Positions 55,601 through 64,000 of a stretch of 64,000 nt of DNA are shown here, piece by piece. The position numbers were made by a program, and so were the translations under genes. The DNA is from an uncultured Bifidobacterium sp. (GTDB lineage: Bacteria; Acidobacteriota; Vicinamibacteria; Vicinamibacterales; CAVVIG01): positions 109,449 to 173,448 of the forward strand of contig CAYLTD010000002.1 of the NCBI GenBank assembly GCA_964386715.1, written 5' to 3'. The stretch's first letter is position 1. Every line of letters starts with the position of its first letter. Below the pieces are notes generated by a model. It saw only the letters and a program-made list of their open reading frames with translations, did no database searches and had not been told where the DNA came from.

Positions 55601-56568
55601 ACGAGCGCGACCAGGAGGAGGGAGGACGGCAGGAGTTCGAGCGGCCCCTCCGTCTCGCGCGTCGCGATCGGAGCGAGCGCGGCGCCCAGGAGTCCGCGCG
55701 CCCCGACGAGCAGTGCGACCAGCGCCGTCGTGGCGGCCGCGAAGCTGCCCGGCGCACGCGCGTGCCGGCGCAGGTCGAGCAGTGGGGCCGCGCACCAGAG
55801 CAGGGTGCACGCGACGACGCCCAGCCAGGCTGCACGCCGGCGTTCGGCCCAGGTCCGGCGCCCCGCCGCGACATCCGCAGGCGCGACATCCGCCCTCACC
55901 AGCGGCTCGCCCCCTGCGGAGCGGATGACAAAGGCGTAATCCGACGGCCGGTCGGTGCCGGCCACCGGGCGTACCGACACTTCCACCGCGGCGGTGCGCA
56001 GGCGGACCGCCGTCGCGGCGCCGAGCATCGGGGAGGCACGATCCCCGAGCAGTTGCTCCGACACCACGGCAGCGAGCGGCGGCCCCTGCGGACGGGCGGG
56101 GTCGGGCACGAGCGCCACGAAGCGCAGCCGAATCCCGAGCGCATCGACCAGCACGGAAAGGCCGGGCCGCGAAATCTGTTCGCGGGGCAGGTCGGAGACC
56201 CGGCCGGCCCACGCGATGGGCGCGCCACGCGGGTCGAACACGGTCAGGCCCGCGATGCCGGCCGCGTCGTCGGGGAGTTCCTGGGACAGCCGCACGAACC
56301 ACGAGCGGATGGTGGCGGTGTCGCGCGCGTCGTGGGGCGACCGGCCGATGTGGGCCACCACCCGCGCGGCGCGCTCGGACAGGGCCGCTGCGGTGGCCAG
56401 GAACCGGTCCTCGAGTTCGGCGCGGACGCGCGCCACCGCCTCGCCGTCGGTCCGTCCCAGCCTCGACCGCTCGATCATGGTGACGATCGCGAGCGCCAGG
56501 AGCGCCAGCAGGCCGCCGGTGAGAGCTATACGGACGAGCGACCGAAGGACGGAAGGCGACCTCCTCAC
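52654..56568 (-). CDS. Very large multi-TM HAMP sensor histidine kinase (NtrY-like kinase core)
   Basis: 1304 aa; many TM helices; HAMP (DPVNRL...DELRRLVEDFNQM), ARQVAHDIKNPLTP, NVIENALHAM, DTGIG, FEPYFSTK.TGTGLGL. Confidence 0.9.
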   Translation of the reverse strand: MRRSPSVLRSLVRIALTGGLLALLALAIVTMIERSRLGRTDGEAVARVRAELEDRFLATAAALSERAARVVAHIGRSPHDARDTATIRSWFVRLSQELPDDAAGIAGLTVFDPRGAPIAWAGRVSDLPREQISRPGLSVLVDALGIRLRFVALVPDPARPQGPPLAAVVSEQLLGDRASPMLGAATAVRLRTAAVEVSVRPVAGTDRPSDYAFVIRSAGGEPLVRADVAPADVAAGRRTWAERRRAAWLGVVACTLLWCAAPLLDLRRHARAPGSFAAATTALVALLVGARGLLGAALAPIATRETEGPLELLPSSLLLVALVWLALDTIERRRVSPPRPVLLHGRSALVLRGAALMAAGAMVVAAVVRYERVLADITARSSHDLLRFSLHPLDLERLATASAVVLLHASVVWGGAAVLRLPMVLWRVQRRPRLGLVWGLAATVGAALAFLALRRFASPVPDGPLLLAASTAGLMAAALARPRGTARRASQAARLGLLFAGLVLPALAFYPSLHALAVAAKERLIDTTFAPEVANQREDLQARQLPLALEAIDAMTALPQFVSSTPPATAAPVTDRAFLVWAQTVLSDERTTSAVELYAASGALVSRFALNLPEYVNVEYRGGSCTEWELYEEVSPFGTLSTLRNVLRASRAICEDRRRVGAIVVRVRLDYHALPFISTQSPYLQSLTPASPSRPETASGSDVELVVYGWSRAPLYASGTKVWPLADDVFDGMSEGREPLWTRVNRDGETFRVYFFNDRGGIYALGYPVITRFGHLVNLGELVFLTGVLYMALLLAASAFNLVSGQTPAGGRALLREVRSSFYRKLFIAFVAAAVIPVVVLALATSTYFANQFRADVEESAVKTATVAQRLVEDYVALQQRGAGSLDRIDDEFMLLVRRAIDEDVNLFDGARLQATSERPLFVSRLLPSRTSAEVYRAIVLDRLPTAVVVEQGVGTPGYLVAAAPVRARGREGIVTVPQTLRQREIEAQIDEIDRRVLSAAVLFVLLGSALGYWMAERIADPVNRLTRATRRIARGDLDARIAATSSDELRRLVEDFNQMASDLQQQRVERERTQRLEAWAEMARQVAHDIKNPLTPIQLSAEHARRVNQDRGRPLSPILDECVASILSQVTLLRQISTEFSSFASSPVPRPESADLGAILEEVVEPYRAGLEPRIGIDLDIEPGLPAAWVDRTLFGRALTNVIENALHAMPGTGALTIRARLAAAGPGTPAMLRVDVTDTGIGMDAEALARIFEPYFSTKATGTGLGLTIARRNLELLGGRVEVHSERGVGTTVSLSLPAAQP

Positions 56569-56588
56569 GGCCGGCGTGGGGCGGCTGA

Positions 56589-57629
56589 ATGCACGGATGT
56601 TATAGTGACATCGAATTGCACCTGAAGCTGCTGCTGAAACGCGGCGCGCTGCTCGCCGCTGCGAACTGGCCCGTCGTCATCGTGCAGTTCGCCGCCCAAA
56701 CCACCTTCCAGGTCCTGCTTGCGGTCCCGATCATCGGCGCGGCGATTCTCGTGGCGGTCCTCCTCGGCGGCGACCTGTCCCCTCTGCTCGCCGGCAGCAT
56801 GCGGGACATCTTCACGACGATCACCAATGCGCTGATGTCCGAGCCGTTCGCGCTCGGCGCATTCATCGTGTCGTTCGTGATCGCGCTGGTCGGCGGCTCG
56901 CTGCTCATGTTTCTGGTGAAGGGCGGCACGGTTGACGTCATGCTGGCCGCCAACGACGCGGTCGGACCGATCGAGGAGCGCCCGATCACCCTGACCGCCG
57001 TACACCAGGCGGCAGCGTTCTCGATCCCGCGCTATATCGCCGGCTGCGGCCGGCTGTTTCGTCCGTATGTCGTGCTCGGCTTCGTGTTGATGGTGGCGTA
57101 CGCCGTCACGGCAGGCGGCTACCTGGCGTTCATCGTGTACGGCTACCGCGCCGCAGGTGAGGGTGTCCTGTTCATCGGCTGGACGATGCTGGCGGCCATG
57201 GCCACCATCGGCCTTTTCCTCTGGATCACCGCGATCAACCTGATCTACCTGCTGCTGCAGATCGCCACGGCCTCTGGTGAAGCGGGCTTCTTCAAGGCCG
57301 CGCGCGCGGTCGCCCGCTTCGTGCGCGTCGAGTTCCGCGAGTTGAGCGGCGTATTCCTTGTGGTCTTCGGGATGGTCGTCGGCGCATGGCTGGCGTCCGC
57401 CCTTGCCTGGTCCGGCGTCGGACTGGTCGCCTTCGTGCCGCTGGTCGGCCTGGCCGTGTTTCCGCTGCAGATTGCGGCGCTGCTGGTGCGCGGGCTGGTC
57501 TTCGAGTACATCGGCCTGCTGGCCATGGGCGCGTACGTCACGATGTACCAGCGGTACGCCGCCGCCGAGGGCGCACGCGCATCCGCGCGCAGCGTCGACC
57601 CGGGCGCAAGCCTCCGCCCGGCACACTGA
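56589..57629 (+). CDS. Hypothetical polytopic membrane protein (true start may be TTG 56616)
   Basis: 346-aa ORF with about 6-7 hydrophobic helices; TG-T-TATAGT at 56598-56606 suggests a later start. Confidence 0.65.
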   Translation: MHGCYSDIELHLKLLLKRGALLAAANWPVVIVQFAAQTTFQVLLAVPIIGAAILVAVLLGGDLSPLLAGSMRDIFTTITNALMSEPFALGAFIVSFVIALVGGSLLMFLVKGGTVDVMLAANDAVGPIEERPITLTAVHQAAAFSIPRYIAGCGRLFRPYVVLGFVLMVAYAVTAGGYLAFIVYGYRAAGEGVLFIGWTMLAAMATIGLFLWITAINLIYLLLQIATASGEAGFFKAARAVARFVRVEFRELSGVFLVVFGMVVGAWLASALAWSGVGLVAFVPLVGLAVFPLQIAALLVRGLVFEYIGLLAMGAYVTMYQRYAAAEGARASARSVDPGASLRPAH

Positions 57630-57668
57630 CGGCCGGTCGGCCGCCGTTGCGGCCGTCAGGGCGGGCCG

Positions 57669-58961
57669 CTAGCGGCGCCCCGGCGGGCCGGGCGTTGGCG
57701 ATCCGACAGGCGAGCCCGACGAATCGGTCGCGGCGCCGGCGCCCGCCGAGGGCAGGGGACTGCCGGCTGGCCTCCCGGCCACCGCGCCGGCGGCCGGGGA
57801 AGCGGCCGGCGCCGGTGCCGGCAGCATGACCGCATTCGGCATGGTCACGACGCCCTTGATGTCCGGCTCGACACTCCGCCGAACCGCCGAGACGCGGGTG
57901 CCGTGCTCCAGATCGCGGGCCACGAGCATGACCTGCGGAAGCCCGCGCACCTCGGTCGCATGGGGAGCGCCGGCCAGTTCACCGGTGGCCGTGAGCTCGC
58001 CGGCCGGTGTGCCGTCGTTCATCAGGTAGGCAGAGACGCGCGTGGCCAGCCCGCTGACGAGCAGGGTATCGGCCACACGCACGGGCCCGCGCGTCGGCCG
58101 ATTGGGCAGCGAGCGTTTCCATCGCTGTGCGCCCGATCGCAGGTCGAGGGCGCGAAGCACGTTGTCCATCGACACGAAGTAGACCCGCCTGTCGTCGGCC
58201 ACGGGCACCCCGATCACGTCCGCGCCCGTCCGCCAGCGCCAGGCGACCTCTCCATCATCGGCGTGCAGGCAGTACAGGAAATTGTCGTCCGACCCCACGT
58301 AGAGGCGGTCGTCGAGCGCCAGCATGTCGTTGGGCGCGCCGCCGAGCCGTCGCTCCCAGAGCGGCGCGCCGGTCTGCACCTGCAGGGCGACCACGCGGTG
58401 ATCGGCGACGGAGATGTAGACCCGGTCGGTCCCGAGCGCGGGGGACGCGTGGAGGCGCGCGCCAAGGTTGTACCGCCAGATGAGTTCGCCGTCGCTCGCC
58501 CGGAATGCGAGCACGGTGCCCGATGTGGTCGCTGCCACCAGCCACCCGTTGTCCCAGACCGGGGGAACGGCGAGCGGCTCGTCGAACGGCAGCGCCCACT
58601 CGACTGCGCCGGTGTCCTGCCGCAACGCGCGAAGCGCGCCGGGTTCAACCGTGAAGAGCAGTCCGCCGCCGGCCGTCGGCGTCATGAGCGGGCTGGCCTG
58701 CACCGTCCACTCGGGCTGACCCACCCGCGTGTCGTAGGCCAGGATCTGATCCCCTTCGACCCCGAAGAAGGCGCGATCCGCGTCGTAGGCAGGGTCGACC
58801 CGGGTCACGTGGTCGAGATCGAGCGACCAGGCTGGCTGCACCGGGAACAGCCGCAGCGCGGCAGGTGGCGCCTGGGCGGCAAGGTGCGAGCTGGGAAGCA
58901 GCAGGGAGAGCAGGGCGAGGGCAACTGCACTACAACGGGTTGTGGTCCGCGGGTCGCCCAC
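57669..58961 (-). CDS. PQQ-like beta-propeller repeat protein (BamB-like) with Pro/Ala/Ser-rich tail
   Basis: Signal peptide; repeats such as AFRASDGELIW, ALQVQTGAPLW, CLHADDGEVAW, ALDLRSGAQRW. Confidence 0.82.
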   Translation of the reverse strand: MGDPRTTTRCSAVALALLSLLLPSSHLAAQAPPAALRLFPVQPAWSLDLDHVTRVDPAYDADRAFFGVEGDQILAYDTRVGQPEWTVQASPLMTPTAGGGLLFTVEPGALRALRQDTGAVEWALPFDEPLAVPPVWDNGWLVAATTSGTVLAFRASDGELIWRYNLGARLHASPALGTDRVYISVADHRVVALQVQTGAPLWERRLGGAPNDMLALDDRLYVGSDDNFLYCLHADDGEVAWRWRTGADVIGVPVADDRRVYFVSMDNVLRALDLRSGAQRWKRSLPNRPTRGPVRVADTLLVSGLATRVSAYLMNDGTPAGELTATGELAGAPHATEVRGLPQVMLVARDLEHGTRVSAVRRSVEPDIKGVVTMPNAVMLPAPAPAASPAAGAVAGRPAGSPLPSAGAGAATDSSGSPVGSPTPGPPGRR

Positions 58962-58967
58962 ACCGCT

Positions 58968-58974
58968 TATAATA
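58968..58974. promoter_or_regulatory. Shared -10 core: TATAAT (+, towards guaA) overlapping TATTAT (-, 7 nt before the GTG of the BamB-like gene)
   Basis: Sequence CTTATAATAG inside an otherwise GC-rich spacer between divergent genes. Confidence 0.5.
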
Positions 58975-59046
58975 GCGTCGATTCACATCCTTTCCCCGTG
59001 ACGGGTCCGAGCGGGCCCGCGACGTCGCCTAGATTGCAGGCCCTGC

Positions 59047-60591
59047 GTGAGCCATCAGACCATCATCGTCCTGGATTTCGGATCGCAATACACTCAGCTC
59101 ATCGCGCGGCGCCTGCGCGAGTTGTCGGTCTACTCCGAAATCTGGCCGCCACACAGCCCGGCGGAGGCGATCCTGGCACGCAATCCCGCCGGCATCATCC
59201 TGTCCGGCGGTCCCAGGAGCGTGTCGGACCCCGGCGCGCCGGTGTGCGACCCACGTGTCTTCGAGCTGGGCGTCCCCGTGCTCGGCATCTGCTACGGGAT
59301 GCAGTTGATGGCCCATCGCCTCGGCGGCACCGTGGCACCAGCCTCTCACCGTGAGTTCGGCCATGCGTCGGTGCGCGTGGCGGCGCAGGGCGACCCCGCC
59401 GTGCTGTTCACCGATGTCCCCGCGGAGATCCGCGTGTGGGCCAGCCACGGCGACTTCGTCGCGGCCGCGCCTTCCGGTTTCACCGTGGCGGCGACCAGTG
59501 CGAATGCTCCGGTCGCGGCGATGTCCGATCCAGGCCGCCGCCTCTATGCGCTGCTGTTCCATCCGGAGGTGGTGCATACCGAGAGCGGCCTCGAGATCAT
59601 CCGCAACTTCGCGTTCCGGGTGTGCGGCTGCACCGGGGACTGGACGATGCAGTCGTTCGTCGAGGAATCGGTGGCGCGTATCCGCGGCCTGGTCGGAGAC
59701 GGGCGGGTGGTGTGCGGCCTGAGCGGCGGCGTGGACTCGACGGTTGCGGCGCTTCTCATCCACAAGGCCATCGGCGACCACCTCACCTGCATCTTCGTGG
59801 ACAACGGGGTGCTGCGCCTCGACGAGGCCGCGCAGATCCGGCGGCGATTCGAACGGCTGCATTTGCCGCTGGTCTTCGTGGATGCTTCGGACCTCTTCCT
59901 CGATCGCCTGGCCGGCGTGACCGACCCCGAACAGAAGCGGAAGATCATCGGCAGCACCTTCATCGACGTTTTCGAGGTCGAGGCCCACAAGCTCGGGCAG
60001 GTCGATTTCCTCGGGCAGGGCACGCTCTATCCCGACGTGATCGAGTCCGTGCCGGTCGTGGGACAGTCGGCGGTCATCAAGAGCCATCACAACGTCGGCG
60101 GGCTTCCCGAGCGCATGCGGATGCGCCTGGTGGAGCCGCTGCGCGAACTGTTCAAGGACGAGGTGCGAGCGGTCGGGCGGGAACTGGGGCTGGACGAAGA
60201 GTTCGTCGTGCGGCAGCCGTTCCCCGGGCCAGGCCTGGCCGTCCGGATCCTCGGTGAGGTGACCCGCCCGAGGCTCGACCTCCTGCGACGGGCCGATGCG
60301 GTCGTCGCGCAGGAGGTGCGACGAGACGGCTGGTATCAGCGCCTGTGGCAGAGCTTTGCGGTGCTGCTGCCGGTGCAGAGTGTCGGCGTCATGGGCGACG
60401 AGCGCACCTACGAATACACCGTCGCGATCCGCGCCGTGGAGAGCCGCGACGGGATGACGGCCGACTGGGCGCGGCTGCCGCACGAGCTGCTCGCCCGCAT
60501 CTCGTCACGGATCGTGAACGAGGTGCGGGGGATCAACCGCGTCGTCTACGACATCAGTTCGAAGCCGCCGTCCACGATCGAGTGGGAGTGA
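59047..60591 (+). CDS. guaA: GMP synthase (glutamine-hydrolysing)
   Basis: [74 protein letters not shown]. Confidence 0.98.
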   Translation: MSHQTIIVLDFGSQYTQLIARRLRELSVYSEIWPPHSPAEAILARNPAGIILSGGPRSVSDPGAPVCDPRVFELGVPVLGICYGMQLMAHRLGGTVAPASHREFGHASVRVAAQGDPAVLFTDVPAEIRVWASHGDFVAAAPSGFTVAATSANAPVAAMSDPGRRLYALLFHPEVVHTESGLEIIRNFAFRVCGCTGDWTMQSFVEESVARIRGLVGDGRVVCGLSGGVDSTVAALLIHKAIGDHLTCIFVDNGVLRLDEAAQIRRRFERLHLPLVFVDASDLFLDRLAGVTDPEQKRKIIGSTFIDVFEVEAHKLGQVDFLGQGTLYPDVIESVPVVGQSAVIKSHHNVGGLPERMRMRLVEPLRELFKDEVRAVGRELGLDEEFVVRQPFPGPGLAVRILGEVTRPRLDLLRRADAVVAQEVRRDGWYQRLWQSFAVLLPVQSVGVMGDERTYEYTVAIRAVESRDGMTADWARLPHELLARISSRIVNEVRGINRVVYDISSKPPSTIEWE

Positions 60592-60688
60592 CGGTGCGAT
60601 CCTGAAGTGGGCAAGCGAGTTCGTGAACTGGTGAAGGATCATCGACCGATTCCTCCAGTCATCCGTTCGGCAGTGCAAGCGTCACCCC

Positions 60689-63600
60689 ATGTCTGAGTTC
60701 GTCCACCTTCACCTCCACACCGAGTTCTCGCTCCTCGACGGGGCGTGCCGGATCGACGAGCTGCTGGACCAGGCCGTCGCGCTCAAGATGCCCGCCATCG
60801 CGGTCACCGAGCACGGCAACATGTTCTCGTCGGTGGTGTTCCACGATCATGCGCGCGCGCGGGGCCTGAACCCGATCCTCGGGTGTGAGGTGTACGTGGC
60901 GCCTGGCGACCGCCGCAACAAGAGCGGCGTGCCGGGCGAGACCCAGAATCACCTTGTCCTGCTGGCGGAGACACTGGAGGGATACCACAACCTCATCAAG
61001 CTGGTGTCGTCCGGCTATACCGAGGGCTTCTACTACAAGCCGCGGATCGACAAGGAACTGCTGGCCCAGCACGCCGCGGGGCTCATTGGCCTGAGCAGCT
61101 GCCTCAAGGGCGAGGTGGCCGAGGGGCTGGCGCACCGCCAGGAGCGCAAGGCCCTCGAGGCGGCCGCCGCCTACCGGGACATCCTCGGGCCCGGCAACTT
61201 CTTCCTCGAGATGCAGTGGCACGGGATCGAGGAGCAGCGCACCGTCAACAGCGGCATCCCGGCCATCGCGCGGGAGCTCGGTCTGCCCATGGTCTGCACG
61301 AACGACGTGCACTACCTGCGCGACAGCGACGCCCACCCGCACGACATCCTGCTCTGCATCGGGACAGGCAAGGCCTTCACGGATCCCAAGCGCCTGCGGT
61401 ACGACGCCCGGCAGTTCTTCCTGAAGACCGCCGACGAGATGGCGGCCACCTTCAAGGACTACCCGGACGCGCTGGCGAACACGATGCGCATCGCCGAGCG
61501 CTGCAACGTCACGCTGCCCTCGGGCGAGAACCACCTGCCCGACTTCGACGTGCCGCCCGGGTTCACGGTGGACAGCTACTTCGACCACGTCACCCGCGAG
61601 GGCTTCGCGGCGCGCCTCCCGCGCCTGAAGCAGCTGCAGGCGCAGGGACTGTTGCGCCATACCATCGAGGAGTACGAGCGGCGGCTGGACTACGAGCTCG
61701 AGATGATCAAGAAGATGAAGTATCCCGGATACTTCCTGATCGTCTGGGACTTCATCCGTTACGCGCGCGAGCAGGGGATTCCCGTCGGCCCGGGCCGGGG
61801 CTCCGCCGCGGGCAGCCTCGTCGCCTACTGCCTGCGGATCACCGACGTCGACCCCATCGACTACGACCTCATCTTCGAGCGCTTCCTGAACCCCGAGCGC
61901 GTCTCGCTGCCCGATATCGACGTGGACTTCTGCGAGCGCCGCCGCGGCGAGGTCATCGAGTACGTCACCAAGAAGTACGGCCGCGAGAACGTCTCCCAGA
62001 TCATCACCTTCGGGACGATGAAGGCCAAGGCGGTCATCAAGGACGTGGGCCGCGTCCTCGAGTGGACCTTCGCGGAGGTCGACAAGGTCGCCAAGCAGAT
62101 CCCGCCGGCACTGGACATGACCCTCGACAAGGCGCTCGAGGAGAATCCGGTGCTCAAGGAGATGGAGCAGAACGACCCGAAGGTGAAGGAACTCTTCGCG
62201 GTCGCCCGGCGCCTCGAGGGCATGACCCGTCACGCCTCTGTCCACGCGGCCGGCGTGGTCATCGCGCCGAAGGCCATCACGGAGTACGCGCCACTCTACA
62301 AGGGGGCCCGCGACGAAATCGTCACGCAGTGGACGATGAAGGACGTCGAGCGCATGGGCCTCCTGAAGATGGACTTCCTCGGGCTGTCCACGCTGACGCT
62401 GATCTACGACTGCCTCGCCGAGATCGAACGGACGACGGGTGAGCAACTCGACATCGACGCCGTCCCGCTGGACAACGCGAAGGCCTACCAGATCTTCCAG
62501 GACGGCCAGACGTACGGCATCTTCCAGTTCGAGTCGAGCGGCATGCGGGACATCCTGCGCAAGGCGCGCCCGCAGCGCCTGGACGACCTCATCGCGCTGA
62601 ACGCCCTCTACAGGCCTGGTCCCCTGCGCAGCGGCATGGTGGACGACTACATCGCGCGCAAGCAGGGCCGGACCGAGGTCGTCTACGAGTTCGACGAACT
62701 CGAGCCGGTGCTCTCCGACACCTACGGGGTCATTGCCTACCAGGAACAGGTGATGCGCATCTCGAACGTGCTCGCGGGCTTCTCGCTCGGCGAAGCGGAC
62801 CTGCTCCGCAAGGCCATGGGCAAGAAGAACCCCGAGGTCATGGCGAAGATGCGGGGGAAGTTCGTCGAGGGCGCCGTCAGGAAGGGTCACCCGGAAAAGA
62901 AGGCGGCGCACATCTTCGAGCTGATGGAGCACTTCGCGGGGTATGGCTTCAACAAGTCACACTCCACCGCCTATGCGTACCTCGCGTACCAGACGGCCTA
63001 CCTCAAGGCGAACTACCCCTGGCACTTCGCTGCGGCGCTGCTCACCATCGAGGCGCAGAACACCGACAAGCTGGCGCTGTACCTGGGTGAGTGTCGCGAA
63101 CGCGAGATCCCGGTGCTCCCGCCCGACGTGAACGAGAGCGAACTGCGCTTCACGGTGGAGCCGGGCCGCGGCGTGCGCTTCGGCCTCACCGCCATCAAGA
63201 ACGTAGGCGAGGGGGCAATCGAGTCGCTGCTGGGCGTGCGGAAGGCGCAGGGACGCATCCAGTCGCTGCACGCGCTCTGCGAGGACCTCGACCTGCGCCT
63301 CGCCAACAAGCGCGTGTTCGAGAGCCTGGTCAAGGCCGGCGCATTCGACTCGGTCGCCCGCGTCGATCCCGGTCTCGCCGACGTTCCGTCGACCGCCATC
63401 CGTCCACGGCTGATGGCCGCCATCGACGCGGCGTGCGAACATGGCGCGCGGCACCAGCGCGACCGCCTGGAGGGACAGGCGCAGCTGTTCGGCGGCTTCG
63501 GCGGCGACGAGCAGCCGGGCGCCTCGGCCCGCGTTCCGCTGCCGGCAGCCACACCCTGGTCCGAGCAGGAGCAGTTGTCCTGCGAGAAGGAGACGCTCGG

Positions 63601-64000
63601 CCTCTATTGGAGCGGGCACCCGACCGATCGGTATGCATCCGAGCTGCGCGAGTACGGCGCCCGGACCACCGCGCAGCTCCTTGATCAGGAGGTGCGCTCC
63701 GGCGGCCAGGAGTGGGGGCCGGGTGGCCGCAAGCCGCTCGAGGCCGACACGGCGGTCGGCGGCGTCATTGCCACCGCCCGCCAGCTCAAGACCAAGAAGG
63801 GCGACCGGATGGCCGTGTTCACCCTGGAAGACGCCCAGGGAAGCGTGGAGGTCCTGTGCTTCCCGGACACCTACCAGAAGTGCGGGTCTCTCATCGAGGC
63901 CGGCACCATGGTCCTGGTTCGCGGCAAGCTCGAGAAAGACGAAGAGAGTGCCCGTATCCTCTCGACCGAGATTGCCCCCATCGAGGTCGTCCGCGAACGT
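60689..64000 (+). CDS. dnaE: DNA polymerase III alpha subunit, 3'-truncated by the window edge (absent from the ORF track because it has no stop)
   Basis: ATG 60689: MSEFVHLHLHTEFSLLDGAC, TEHGNMF, GCEVY, TNDVHY, GPGRGSAAGSLVAY, FERFLNPER.SLPDIDVDF, SVHAAGVVI, LKMDFLGL, YGFNKSH, KNVG, OB-fold start. Frame open to the end of the window. Confidence 0.97.
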   Translation, partial: MSEFVHLHLHTEFSLLDGACRIDELLDQAVALKMPAIAVTEHGNMFSSVVFHDHARARGLNPILGCEVYVAPGDRRNKSGVPGETQNHLVLLAETLEGYHNLIKLVSSGYTEGFYYKPRIDKELLAQHAAGLIGLSSCLKGEVAEGLAHRQERKALEAAAAYRDILGPGNFFLEMQWHGIEEQRTVNSGIPAIARELGLPMVCTNDVHYLRDSDAHPHDILLCIGTGKAFTDPKRLRYDARQFFLKTADEMAATFKDYPDALANTMRIAERCNVTLPSGENHLPDFDVPPGFTVDSYFDHVTREGFAARLPRLKQLQAQGLLRHTIEEYERRLDYELEMIKKMKYPGYFLIVWDFIRYAREQGIPVGPGRGSAAGSLVAYCLRITDVDPIDYDLIFERFLNPERVSLPDIDVDFCERRRGEVIEYVTKKYGRENVSQIITFGTMKAKAVIKDVGRVLEWTFAEVDKVAKQIPPALDMTLDKALEENPVLKEMEQNDPKVKELFAVARRLEGMTRHASVHAAGVVIAPKAITEYAPLYKGARDEIVTQWTMKDVERMGLLKMDFLGLSTLTLIYDCLAEIERTTGEQLDIDAVPLDNAKAYQIFQDGQTYGIFQFESSGMRDILRKARPQRLDDLIALNALYRPGPLRSGMVDDYIARKQGRTEVVYEFDELEPVLSDTYGVIAYQEQVMRISNVLAGFSLGEADLLRKAMGKKNPEVMAKMRGKFVEGAVRKGHPEKKAAHIFELMEHFAGYGFNKSHSTAYAYLAYQTAYLKANYPWHFAAALLTIEAQNTDKLALYLGECREREIPVLPPDVNESELRFTVEPGRGVRFGLTAIKNVGEGAIESLLGVRKAQGRIQSLHALCEDLDLRLANKRVFESLVKAGAFDSVARVDPGLADVPSTAIRPRLMAAIDAACEHGARHQRDRLEGQAQLFGGFGGDEQPGASARVPLPAATPWSEQEQLSCEKETLGLYWSGHPTDRYASELREYGARTTAQLLDQEVRSGGQEWGPGGRKPLEADTAVGGVIATARQLKTKKGDRMAVFTLEDAQGSVEVLCFPDTYQKCGSLIEAGTMVLVRGKLEKDEESARILSTEIAPIEVVRER

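Noticed and set aside
1-64000. Many long antisense or alternate-frame ORFs in the track (e.g. 3739-5703, 6343-8040, 14718-16322, 19120-21426, 45638-48184, 60659-62932)
   Set aside because: They are shadows of well-supported genes, expected at this GC content. Their translations are Arg/Ala/Gly/Pro-rich with no family motifs.
60689-64000. Possible intein or split in dnaE, given its absence from the ORF track
   Set aside because: Conserved motifs follow at normal spacing in one open frame. It is absent only because the stop lies beyond the window.
1-64000. CRISPR arrays, IS elements, prophage, defence systems, rRNA
   Set aside because: I noticed no regularly spaced repeats and no transposase, integrase, capsid, nuclease or rRNA signatures. 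Reading by eye could miss short or degenerate elements.

Overview
High-GC bacterial chromosomal window. Gene content and protein style suggest Acidobacteriota, Vicinamibacteria-like (inference only). It is densely coding, with about 50 CDS and one tRNA-Arg(CCT). I found no CRISPR array, integrase, transposase, prophage or rRNA. Housekeeping genes: dapC-dapD-dapE, ppk1, acyP-apt, mutS, tsaB-rimI, psd-pssA, guaA and a partial dnaE. Poorly characterised modules lie between them. (i) A secreted trio of an M28 peptidase, a mono-haem cytochrome c fused to a PHM/DBH-type two-copper monooxygenase fold, and an unknown partner, divergent from a DUF5916 outer-membrane protein. This is the best candidate for an undescribed system. 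(ii) A divergent RRM/cold-shock gene pair with mirror-image extended -10 boxes and a leader that can pair with its own SD. (iii) A GH2-galT-galK-GT4-glf-(GH1::RmlD fusion) galactofuranose operon. (iv) A copper island: YHS-CopA, an unlisted 48-aa YHS protein, a CHASE3-like kinase and a cupredoxin lipoprotein. (v) A c-type cytochrome lipoprotein paired with a DUF5777-like beta-barrel. (vi) A mutS-led operon ending in an Omp85-metalloprotease and a ureohydrolase that has lost three metal-binding Asp residues. Several genes look leaderless. All family assignments come from motif recognition by eye; no database search was run.
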